From assembly GCA_021613535.1 (NCBI GenBank), contig CP075495.1, positions 8,308,001 through 8,372,000 of the forward strand: a stretch of DNA of 64,000 nt, given 5' to 3'. The notes under the pieces are model-generated. The model did not search any database, was not told the DNA's origin, and worked only from the letters and a program-made list of their open reading frames with translations. The number at the start of each line of letters is the position of its first letter. Positions within the stretch are counted from its first letter, which is position 1. This DNA is from Adineta vaga (Eukaryota > Animalia > Rotifera). Positions 53,951-64,000 of the stretch are shown here, piece by piece. The position numbers and the translations under genes were made by a program.

Positions 53951-54850
53951 ATGATTCTTCCTTCGATCTGTTTTGTTGCTAAGCAATGTCATAATCAATG
54001 GCGTTCATCTTTCTTTCGTACAATTATTGTTATTAATCAAAGACAATTAGCAACATTAGGAAAACAAAAAAAAGATTCGAAAAAACAGGATAATAATGTT
54101 GTTATTCAATCAACAACAGACAATCAAATAGAAGTAGCAACGTTTAAAGAAAAAGGTAAAAGAATATTTTCGTACAAGTCTTCTTTTATTCTGAATATTA
54201 TTTCCCTTGTTTGTAGCTCAACAAGCAGCGAAAGACACGGGTTATTCATTAGTTGTTATTGCTGGTGTTGCAGCATTAGGTGGTTTATGTTATTTAATGC
54301 TACATGAATTATATTCGAGAGAAACACCAAATGGAATTTATAAAGAAGCATCGAAAATGTGTTTAGCCAATACAGAAGTAAATTTTATGCTTAAACAACA
54401 TGTTTAAATATCATAAGCATTTTATTTTCTAGGTCCAAGATGCATTAGGTACACCTATTATGGTTCATACCACACCACAGATTGGTTCAATGCGTATCAA
54501 TAATGTTCGGTACAGAATAATTTCCTGTAAATAGTTTTAACTAATATATAACTATTATTTTAGTGCAAAAATGTTCGATGAAAAAGGTCATCGAGGTATG
54601 ACACTCTCATTTTATTTAACCGGAAAGGAACGAAGTGGTGTTGTTGGTGTAAAAGTTCAGAAAGTAATCCTATGTTTCATTTCTTCTATCAATTATACCT
54701 TTATTTATTTTTACATAGAATATTTCCAATAAATTTGTTTATGACTATATTATTGTTCAACTTGATCGACCGTGGCGTGGTCGTAATATGATCCAAATTC
54801 ATGAAAATCTCGATACATCAAAAACAACACCACAAACACTCGACATATAA
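53951..54850 (+). CDS. TIMM21: Mitochondrial import inner membrane translocase subunit Tim21 (5 exons)
   Basis: Presequence, TFKEKAQQAAKDTGYSLVVIAGVAALGGLCYLMLHELYSRETPNGIYKEA..C....VQDALGTPI; last exon ...FVYDYIIVQLD...TLDI*. Confidence 0.88.
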
Positions 54851-54946
54851 ACATACACACAAAAATCTTCATTTTTTTGTGTACATAGTTATTTTTTAAA
54901 AAGATATATACACATACATATAGGTTCGATTGTTGTTTTGTTATCT

Positions 54947-56220
54947 TCAATAATGTGGTCGAATTGTTGTTACCATGGTTTTTTCTGTTCGAGCATCTTG
55001 ATCAATATGACTATTATGGTATGAAATAAGATGAGGATGTTTTTTCTTTTTACTTGAATGATATCGACGATCGATGATTGGAATTGACGATGATGTTGTG
55101 TTTGTTGTCGCCGTTGGTATAAGACAATATTTACGAAATATAAAGATTGCAATAGCAAGAAGAAGAATCAATAATGTCATGGCCACGAACGCATAAAATA
55201 CATAAAGAATAAACGTTAGAAATGTTATTCGAGATGATAAGACTTCTTCCGAAGTAGAAATCGATGATGAATCATTAAATTTCCAACGAAAACGGAAAAA
55301 TGAACGTCGAAGTAATGATGAATCACTCGTATTGAAATTTGAATATGTTGGCCATGGAACTGTGGTACTACTAATCGTTGGATATCTTTGACTTGAACTC
55401 ATTGTTGTTGTTGTTGAAACTAAAATAGAAGTTTTAATAAATTTCATTCTATTCTTTGTTTTTACATACTATCTGGACAATTTTCAATAAGAATATCATC
55501 AATAGCAAACCAAGTTGTTGAGGTAGTTTTGTTTTCTGGTAAATGTCGAATTTCAATTTCGATCTAAACGGAGGAAAAAATTTTACAGTAGAAATGTTTT
55601 TATTAGAAAGAATTCTTTGTTTTCTACACGAAATTCTTCTGCTGCTTTAAATGTAAGATTTGCTTGTTGCCAAAGGGATTCAATGTCGTCGGATGTATTC
55701 AGATTTTTTTGTGTTAGAGCTTTCCAATGACCCAGAGATAAAATTTGTGTATGATTAGTTTTAATAAGAAAAACTTCAATTTGATCTTGTTCATTTTCAA
55801 TATTAAATTGAAATGTTAATCGAATTGTATATGAACATGAACGCGTTAAATATAACCATGGAGATGTAATAACATCAGTAAAACCTTTTTCTTTATCAAT
55901 ATTACTTTCATCAACAGCAATTAAAACTGACATTGAAAAAACATATTTGTTTTTCTTGCTTCACTTTGAAATCAAATAGTTTACCTTTATCATCACTTTC
56001 ATCCTCGAGATTTTTTATTTGCCATCGTCGACCAAGATTCCATTTGCAAGTATTCAATGAAAATGTACATCGTTGATTATATCGTATTGAAGAAATCGAT
56101 ATCAACATGAAATTTATCATGTAACAAAGAAAATCTTAGAAAAATTAGACAATTATTAAATTTAATCTTATAATTTCAAAGATGAACCTTACATATTTTC
56201 ATTGATGATAATAAAATCAT
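54947..56220 (-). CDS. MAM-domain type I membrane protein
   Basis: Spliced signal peptide MILLSSMKIYFLCYMINFMLISISS; CTFSLNTCKW, ITSPWL, WQQANL, FAIDDILIENCP (MAM hallmarks); S/T-rich stalk; TM segment. Confidence 0.78.
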
Positions 56221-56620
56221 GAATTTCTTCTATGTCAAAATGATACAAATGAATGTACCTAATCATGTCGGTCCTAATCATCAATCGTCCTGCTATTGAC
56301 AAATAGATTATTCTATTAGATAATCGATCTAAATATTTGATAATGTCAACATCGTTGTAATACAACAGTAAGCGATTATTGTGTTATTTGACAAGCACGT
56401 GTAATTTTGTTCTTTTTTTCGGTATCGAAGAAAAAAAATATGAATAAGATCAAAATATTGAATGAAAAGGGGTAAATAAGGGTTTCTTTAGCTTATGTGG
56501 ATAAAGAACAATAATTTATATTTCTATGAATATCTCTATACTACCTTTTATTACTCTCCATTCATTGACATATATAGATAACTAAAGGCATTTATATTGT
56601 ACTCAAACTTATTTTTCAAA

Positions 56621-57595
56621 ATGTGGAGAAATCGAAAAGCTCGTAATTCAACAGAATTAAATGCAAAAGGTTCGTTCATGTTTTAGCTATTTTATTATGA
56701 TGATATTTTGCTTTTTTGTCATAGAAATCGCAGCTTTAGTAGAAGCGTCGAATGTGAATGAACAAGGTAATTATGCATTGAATGATTTATGTCTGAGTAT
56801 ATTATTTTGATTCGTTATAGAAATTCGACGATGGCATACTGTCAGTGTGTTTTTTTCTTCTTAAAAATTCTTTAGAGATATGTATAAGTTTCTTCTATAG
56901 GATTTTCTTCAGCATTATCCATCGGGTCAATTAGATAGAAAGACATTTTGTGAATATTATCAAAAATTATATCCAAGCAAAGAAACAGAAACCTCATTCG
57001 AGTAAAGAATTAATACATTTTATTACGTATTTTTACTTTCATTAATAAATATTTATAGAAATATTTTCAGTATGATCGATACTAATAACGATGGCAAGAT
57101 TGATTTCAACGAACTGCTAGTTGTTATTGTGTTGATGAGTCATTTAAATGCCGTCGAATCACGACTTGCATTTGTATTTGATATGTTTGTGAAAAATATT
57201 GATACTTTCTTTTTTTAATGACAAAAGTTTTCTCGCTGTTGTCTAGGTTTGATAATTCAGGAGATGGACATATTGATCGAGACGAATTAGAAGATGTTAT
57301 CTCTGCTATAGTAAGTTTTTCGTCTTGGATTTGATAATAATTATGATAGATTTATGTATTTAGTATGATCGTGCTGGTGTAACTGATCGTAAAGGTGAAC
57401 GAGATCCAAAGAAACGAGCCAAAGCAATTATTGATAAAATTGATAATACGGGTGATGATAAACTTGATAAAGCAGAATTTATTAAAGGGTAAAATTTAAA
57501 TCGAGAGGATTTATTGGATAGTTTAGAAATTTCTCTTCGTTTTTAGATGTAAAGATGATCCAGTAATTCGTAGTTTACTTGCTCCAAATGCATGA
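56621..57595 (+). CDS. Neuronal calcium sensor (NCS/recoverin family) EF-hand protein, 8 exons; absent from ORF track
   Basis: Splices to MWRNRKARNSTELNAKEIAALVEASNVNEQEIRRWHTDFLQHYPSGQLDRKTF..IFSMIDTNNDGKIDFNEL..RLAFVFDMFDNSGDGHIDRDEL..IDNTGDDKLDKAEFIKGCKDDPVIRSLLAPNA*. Confidence 0.9.
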
Positions 57596-58091
57596 AATTC
57601 TGAACAATTCAAACATCATTTCTATCGATCGAACACTTTTTTTTCGACCAACTGAACTATCAATAATACGAAATAAGAAGTTATCCTTTTTAAATATATC
57701 TGAGAAACAGGAGATAGTAAAACTTGATCTTATCTAGAAATAGAAACTGTGTAACATGGAAAAGCTCTGCTCTTGATTGATATTTTTCTCGTGGTCATTT
57801 TACTTTTGAAAACATTCTAAAAGTTTTTTCTTCTGAAAGAAAAAAGAAAAGCTTTCAAAGAAGAAAATTTTAAGTTGTTGTTATTATTTTTCTTTTCACA
57901 TGATGCAAACACATGTAATGTAACAAACATGATCGTTTTTAACCCGAACAGAAAAGAAATCAGTAAGTTTCAATGAAACGGATATAAGATTTTTATTTTC
58001 CATTATTTCAATCTTCTTATTATCCAACTGCTATAAAAGGAAACAACATTCTCTTTAGGAAATTAGAGAATAGGTATAAGAAAAATATTCA

Positions 58092-58711
58092 ATGCATCGA
58101 TCTCATCCAAACGCCGCTCCTGTAACAAATAAATATCTTGCATATAAAAAGTTCCTTCAAGATCAAGAAGAACATAAACTCAATGTAATATATTCTTCAT
58201 CTTTTCTTATTAATCTGTGAAATTTCTTTCTGATAGCTTAAAAATATTCATGGATTAATAGATCAATCACCTCCAACATCTCGTCCACATATATCTCAAC
58301 GTACCACACAAAGACAAGTATGTTATTCTTTGTGTCAAAATCTATTTCATTTTGATTTCTTCTTATAGCTTCGAGAATATGAATTAGACATGATTCAAAA
58401 TGAAAATGATCGTCTTCGATCAAGAATGATAAGTAATGGAGCATTTACTGATAGCCATAATAATTATCTAGCACGAAGGTAGAGATAGTTGTTGTCGTCT
58501 ATATTCCCAATGAATTTCTTTTAATTGTTCTAGTTTAAATGGAAGAAAACGTTATCGAGATGAAATGCAACATCGACATATAGTTGATCGATTGAAAAGA
58601 CAAATTTATCATGTTCAATCAAATTATTCCATTAAAAAATGTGAACATGATTATGCAAAACAACAGGATATTAAACGACAAATAACAAGATTTCCCTCAA
58701 TTCATAAATAA
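58092..58711 (+). CDS. CFAP97D2: CFAP97-domain (KIAA1430/Hemingway-type) ciliary protein, 4 exons; absent from ORF track
   Basis: MHRSHPNAAPVTNKYL...IDQSPP...IQNENDRLRSRM...DSHNNYLARSLNGRKR...QSNYSIKKCEHDY...ITRFP pattern matches CFAP97D1/2 as recalled. Confidence 0.75.
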
Positions 58712-59417
58712 ACCTTTTTTTTTTTATAAAAGACGAACGATCTTTCGAAATATACACTGTACACTAGTTTCCATGAATTCATCATTATAACAAAAATTTT
58801 TATTGAATGTTAAAAGTGTAATAGTTTTGAGAAGTTGAATACGAACGGATGATCGTTCTTGATGATTATACTTAGCTTTTGTAAAAGATCGAGTAGTCGA
58901 ATGAATTACAAAATTCTATAGCTTATCTAAACATTGACACGAAGCTTTGGAAAGAGAACGGAAAAAAAATGTTTTGTAACAGATATATATATAGGTTGTG
59001 CCATAGAAAAATTAAGTTTTTTAGACCAATTTTGTTTGACAGTTAATAAAGCATTGTCTTAATTTCATCATCATCATCATCAAATAGGAAATCTGTTTGA
59101 TTACGATCAATTTTTATATCAAATAATATAATCTTAAAAACTCGTTTAAAATCTACGTAGTTCTTTATCAAACTATTTGCAAGTCAATCCATCGTTACTA
59201 TCAAATATCAATATATACATTTCGTTATAAAACATTAAATCTTTATCTTTCTCAATCTCCTATAGTTAAAAGTATAAATACATACATCTTGTGATAAATT
59301 CTTTCCTTTTATGATCTTCAAATATATTATTGTCTTGACAATGGTTAAATATTCTCTATAAAAATCCTTCGTTATAAATCGAACGAAGACAAACGAAAAA
59401 CAATCAATCAATCAATC

Positions 59418-61544
59418 ATGGCATCTAGTATCTTATCCTCTACATCATATCTTACTTATTTGAATGATTATGTTCACATTCTTTTGAAATGTACCGATCA
59501 AAGTTTAATTGCACGATTAAATGAAAACTATATGAATGAAATTCAAAATCAATTACATTTAATATTAATTCAATGGTATAATGAACAACATATTGATAAA
59601 TCATTCGCAGTTTTTATTGAAAATATTGGATATCTTTATCGTAGAATTGCTTTCTTAAATCAACGATGTAATTTAAATGAGAAACAATTGGAACGTATTG
59701 AAAATATTCTTTGTAATTCGAAAATCAATCAATTAATGATTTCAATTATTGAATCACTTTTAGAATCAAATCAACGACATCAAGATCCATTTCTTCGTTA
59801 TTTATCAATTTTAATTGATTCGTTTTCAATAATGAAATCATCGAAAACTATGTTTAATGAAATAACTCAACGAGTATTAAAATCGGATTTTTATAAACAA
59901 TATTTGATGGAAATTTTATCATCTGAAATTCAACCAATTCATCTGATTTTCATCGGTGCAATGAATCAATTAGCATTTCCAATAGAAAATTCGACATTAA
60001 ATGGTCTCTATTCACAAATTTTAATCAAATTCTATAAACAAAAATCGATATCAATGAATTTAGATTTACATTATTGTACTTTAGGCATCTTATCACAATT
60101 AGATATATTCTATCTAACGAAAGATTATTCATGTGTATCCGTATTACAATCATTATTCATTAAAATAGCATTCAAACAAACAGATGAAACATTGAAAAGC
60201 TTTCTTTTACCATTATTAACGCTTTTCAATTCACTTTGTATTCAATCAAAAACCATCGCTTGTTATTTAAATACGGATGAGTTCGTTGATATTCTTCTTT
60301 CTTATGTAACAAATCGAAAGAATTCTCAAATTCATCTGTATTCGTGTCTTCTTTTGGGACATATCATAAGTGAAAATCAATTGATTCAATATCGAATTAG
60401 TTATAAATTAACAATGAAATTACTTGAATTATTAGTTTCAGAGAAAAAACAAATCGAAAATATTCTTTCAAGTTTATTATCATTAACAATTCATGAACAA
60501 ATACAATTTCTCATTGCTCAAACATATCAATTAAGAAATTTTATTCAATTAACTGAACAATATTCAATTGTTTATGAGATCATGTGGAAATTATCATTTC
60601 ACTCAGATATTATTGAACAATTAATCGAACGACATGAAGATTTTCTTAAACATTTATCGACATTAACTGATTTACCAGCTGCACAAGGTATTTTAGAAAA
60701 TATTCAAAGAAAACAAACACCACATTTACCGAATACAAATCCGATAACATTTGATTATACACTTGTTTCATCCTTGAAAGATCATGATTTTGTTCAAACA
60801 TTTGAATCCAATCTTCAAAAACATCATCTTCATCCTGGTACAATCGATAATTCCCGTTATGTTATTCTTTGTATAAGTGAAGATTCGAAACATGATTGTA
60901 CATGTCAAACACTTGTTCGACAAACTTTAGTTGATTGTAAAAAACTTCTTCTTTGTATTGTTCAAAAACCATATCGAATCGATGATTGGTTTAATCTATT
61001 AGATCTTCAAGAACGCAAACTTTTCAATCTGGTTGAAACCGGTATGCAGAAAGTTCTGATCGAAATACAAAAGGAATGTCATCCTCTACCTGTTATTGTT
61101 AAACGTACACGAATTGTTACACCAACATTTGAACGAAATTCTCAAACGACTTTTACATTATCACCTTCACCACAATTATTATCAGTAGAAGTTTTACCCA
61201 AAGTTCCGGCAAAGAGAATTCAAAATTGGACGAATCGTGAAGTATTAAAATGGGTTGACAATAATCATTTAAATGGTTTTAATAAAATTTTAACACTTTA
61301 TGATGGTCGAAGTTTACTTGCTCTAGCACATATATCTCGAATGAATGCACCACATACAATTATAAATCATCTGAGAAATGATTGTCGTAAACAAGGTCTT
61401 CGAATAACATTCGTAGAATTCGTTCGATTTCAAGCAGCACTTGATGAACTTCTACGTTTAGAACAAACTTTACGTCGAAGACAATCCGTATCAACATTAG
61501 TTAGTCGATATGCATTCAAAAGTAAAATAAAGCAAAAAACTTAA
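59418..61544 (+). CDS. Intronless ARM-like repeat + degenerate TIR + SAM domain protein
   Basis: Leu-rich helical N-terminal ~430 aa ending IMWKLSF...AAQGIL; TIR-like FDYTLVSSLKD...IDNSRYVILCISEDSK...LLLCIVQKPYRIDDWF; SAM-like IQNWTNREVLKWVDNNHL...YDGRSLLAL. Confidence 0.8.
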   Translation: MASSILSSTSYLTYLNDYVHILLKCTDQSLIARLNENYMNEIQNQLHLILIQWYNEQHIDKSFAVFIENIGYLYRRIAFLNQRCNLNEKQLERIENILCNSKINQLMISIIESLLESNQRHQDPFLRYLSILIDSFSIMKSSKTMFNEITQRVLKSDFYKQYLMEILSSEIQPIHLIFIGAMNQLAFPIENSTLNGLYSQILIKFYKQKSISMNLDLHYCTLGILSQLDIFYLTKDYSCVSVLQSLFIKIAFKQTDETLKSFLLPLLTLFNSLCIQSKTIACYLNTDEFVDILLSYVTNRKNSQIHLYSCLLLGHIISENQLIQYRISYKLTMKLLELLVSEKKQIENILSSLLSLTIHEQIQFLIAQTYQLRNFIQLTEQYSIVYEIMWKLSFHSDIIEQLIERHEDFLKHLSTLTDLPAAQGILENIQRKQTPHLPNTNPITFDYTLVSSLKDHDFVQTFESNLQKHHLHPGTIDNSRYVILCISEDSKHDCTCQTLVRQTLVDCKKLLLCIVQKPYRIDDWFNLLDLQERKLFNLVETGMQKVLIEIQKECHPLPVIVKRTRIVTPTFERNSQTTFTLSPSPQLLSVEVLPKVPAKRIQNWTNREVLKWVDNNHLNGFNKILTLYDGRSLLALAHISRMNAPHTIINHLRNDCRKQGLRITFVEFVRFQAALDELLRLEQTLRRRQSVSTLVSRYAFKSKIKQKT

Positions 61545-61549
61545 TTTAT

Positions 61550-62026
61550 TCATAGAATAGTTAGCGTGAAAACGATCACTACAATTTGATTTACAGGTCC
61601 TTTGAACAAAATTTTATATGATTTTTTTTCAAGTTTTTCTTTCGCTTTACCAATTATTTTGTATCCATTTTCGTTATCATTTATTAAATAAAGATTCTTT
61701 GGAAGTGATTGAAAAAAACAAGGATCCCATAGATAACGCATGATCTCACCCTTTGTTTGATTAGTAATATAAGTTGATGGAATGGTTTCGTTTATTTGAA
61801 ATATCAAATCTGATTGATAATACGTAATATATCGATGAGCGAAACATTTAGATTGTAGAAATTGTTCACAGGTATTACATGCTGAACAGCAATCACATAG
61901 ACATGACTCATTCCTTGGTAAATTACATTGACGTCCCTCTGGAGTACAACTTTTTGATCCGTAACAACCACAAGAATAAACTAAATGAATATTAAGAACC
62001 AAAATCAGATATGTGTATGCGAACAT
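61550..62026 (-). CDS. Small secreted Cys-rich protein with possible C-terminal putative-Ig (He_PIG-like) beta-sandwich
   Basis: Signal peptide MFAYTYLILVLNIHLVYS; 11-Cys cluster; SLPKNLYL...KIIGKAKE...SYKILF...VFTLTIL resembles the He_PIG pattern LP.GL....G.I.G.P....Y.F....FTLTV. Confidence 0.65.
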   Translation of the reverse strand: MFAYTYLILVLNIHLVYSCGCYGSKSCTPEGRQCNLPRNESCLCDCCSACNTCEQFLQSKCFAHRYITYYQSDLIFQINETIPSTYITNQTKGEIMRYLWDPCFFQSLPKNLYLINDNENGYKIIGKAKEKLEKKSYKILFKGPVNQIVVIVFTLTIL

Positions 62027-62525
62027 ATTGAATAAACGATTGTGTTTTTTTTTATCTTTATTCTTAATCCAATCTTATACTTGACATTAAGTTTTCTTTT
62101 TTAAGTATAAAAGGATTAGATTGTTTTTCTGCATGAAAGATTAAATTTTATGCGAATTTTGTAAAATGATTTTTGACTATTCATATGATTAATCATTGAA
62201 AACATGAAACTTTATCTTGAGAACATATCATTGAGTACATATAATGAAAAATAAAATGCTATAAAAGAAGTTTAGTCATATTTATTGATGATATTCATTA
62301 AGATATTGTACAGTGAAAAGAACATAATATGTCGATTCTATTTCATGGTTATGTTTAACATTTGATTGAGAAAGAAAATGTATGTACAAGGAAAATGAAA
62401 ACTTCTCTTCCACACTATTCAAGGTTATCATTGATATCAATTTATATGTATACATACATTTTTCTATGTTTATTTCAGTGACATGTACCTTCTAGTATAA
62501 GTCGTAAGATATAGATAAATAAAAG

Positions 62526-63167
62526 ATGTATTGGTCTTCCTATCCTTATCAGTTATATGGACGAAATTATTACATGGGTCGTTTAATTGGTGAAGTAATG
62601 CCATATACTGGCGCTCATTTTTTAATGCGTCAAGGACGTGAAATGCAAGAATATCCTGATTATATGCTTGCTGCACTAAATATTCAACCAGGTATGGTTG
62701 TTGCTGATATTGGTGCTGGTACTGGTTTTAATTCATTACGTCTTGCACGTCTTGTTGGTCCATATGGACGTGTTTATTCCACAGAAATTCAACCTGATAT
62801 GCTCAATCATTTAATGATGAATGCCTATATATATGGTCATTCACATAACATTGTTCCTGTTGTTTCGTCTCATACAAATGCGAATCTTCCACCAAATTCT
62901 TGTGATCTTATTTTGATGGTTGATACATATCATGAATGTATCAATCCACCAGCTGTCTTGCATGGAATACGTCAAGCATTGAAACCTCATGGTCAACTTA
63001 TTTTAGTTGAATATCGTTTAGAAGATAGTTGGATGCCTAACATGTATGATGATCATCGAATGTCTGTTTCGCAAGCGAAATTTGAATTAGAATCTAATGG
63101 TTTTGTTTTACGCCAAGTTTTAGAATTTCTACCTTGGCAACATATCATGATTTTTAATAAAATATAA
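62526..63167 (+). CDS. Intronless bacterial-type class I SAM-dependent methyltransferase
   Basis: YMGRLIGEVM...REMQEYP...ALNIQPGMVVADIGAGTG...LVGPYGRVYSTEIQPDML...LPPNSCDLILMVDTYHE...ALKPHGQLILVEYRLED...FLPWQHIMIF matches a well-known uncharacterised bacterial methyltransferase family pattern. Confidence 0.9.
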   Translation: MYWSSYPYQLYGRNYYMGRLIGEVMPYTGAHFLMRQGREMQEYPDYMLAALNIQPGMVVADIGAGTGFNSLRLARLVGPYGRVYSTEIQPDMLNHLMMNAYIYGHSHNIVPVVSSHTNANLPPNSCDLILMVDTYHECINPPAVLHGIRQALKPHGQLILVEYRLEDSWMPNMYDDHRMSVSQAKFELESNGFVLRQVLEFLPWQHIMIFNKI

Positions 63168-64000
63168 GCGAGAGCTCTTCAATTGATATACTTACAGTCA
63201 AGAAGTTTAATTTGCTTGACGTTTTGTCTTTCTTTTGTTTCATTGTTTATTCACAACGAAATTGACAAAACGGAAATAACAATCTTGAGAAAAATCAACA
63301 TTATTTTAGCTAGAATATCATCATCATCAGCTCTATATTTTTTTTGTCTTGTTGATCAAGATGATTAGACGTATGTTGACTGACGCAATCAATCTATTTT
63401 TCTTGTCTTTGCTATACGAATACGTAGATGATTTAGCTAAGAGATCATATCGTTTACACGAGATAATTTTGTATATTTAATACGAACTTTGCTCGAGTGT
63501 TAATGAGAGGATATACATATACATACAAACAATGATATTGAGGCTTCACGTGTCTCAATACAATGTATTATTCGTCAAGTAATTATCGGTCAATCAACGA
63601 AACATCCATAGAAAATATATATGTATAATTAGAAAAAATAACAGAAGAGATTCTTTACATTCCATCAAAAAGAAAACGCAGATGCTAATAATAACCGTTT
63701 GAAAAATCAACTTGAAAACGTACTGATTATGTCATGAACATCCTCTGATAATGGGTTTATATGGCGCCTATTGAGTACAAAAACATACACGTGCGGAACA
63801 CCTGCTATTCAGATACAAACGAATGTTAATTATGGCAAAAATTATTCTTATTTTTATTTCACATAAATATGTGTAAATTATATTTTTCAAGAAGAAAAAA
63901 GATAGACTACAAATGACAATATTAACAACAACAAAAAAAATGTTTTTTTTTACCATGGTCTCCAAAGAGACGATGAACGCTCACTGTGATCATCGAATGA

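Noticed and set aside
49584-54850. A single fused multi-domain gene or bacterial contaminant operon
   Set aside because: Each gene has its own stop codon, its own targeting signal where expected, and multiple spliceosomal introns; all are animal-type genes.
63768-63965. 65-aa minus-strand ORF at the window end
   Set aside because: Low-complexity hydrophobic translation of AT-rich sequence; no supporting motif.
1-64000. tRNA, rRNA, snRNA/SL-RNA genes, CRISPR arrays and transposase or reverse transcriptase ORFs
   Set aside because: None recognised by eye. A covariance-model scan (tRNAscan-SE, Infernal) would be needed to exclude small RNAs formally.

Overview
AT-rich eukaryotic genomic DNA with many short (~40-100 nt) GT-AG introns. 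It is most consistent with a bdelloid rotifer; this is an inference from intron style, B-box/coiled-coil and ARM-TIR-SAM family genes, and bacterial-type genes among animal genes. I reconstructed about 28 protein-coding genes by hand, several of them absent from or fragmented in the ORF track. They include two B-box/coiled-coil genes (one frameshifted), a HAUS8-like gene, ZNF511-like, RPS12, HMBS, an Nkx2-2/vnd homeobox gene, a ~2,000-aa secreted protein with ~18 peritrophin-A/CBM14-like modules, an intron-containing bacterial-type GH26 mannanase, cyclin K, Atos/FAM214, a protein with three Ski/Dac-like repeats, PEX12, TMEM129, ERAL1, IMPA, PTTG1IP, TIMM21, a MAM-domain membrane protein, a neuronal calcium sensor, CFAP97D, an ARM-TIR-SAM protein and an intronless bacterial-type SAM methyltransferase. 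The most striking higher-order pattern is operon-like: clusters of same-strand housekeeping genes (ZNF511-RPS12; PEX12-TMEM129; ERAL1-IMPA-PTTG1IP-TIMM21) lie only 40-193 bp apart. Each downstream ATG is preceded by an apparently unpaired 3' splice acceptor, and the first gene of each cluster has a shared AGCGCCATCT-like upstream motif. This is the signature expected of polycistronic transcription resolved by spliced-leader trans-splicing. I recognised no rRNA, tRNA, CRISPR array or autonomous transposon. All family assignments come from recalled motifs, not database searches.
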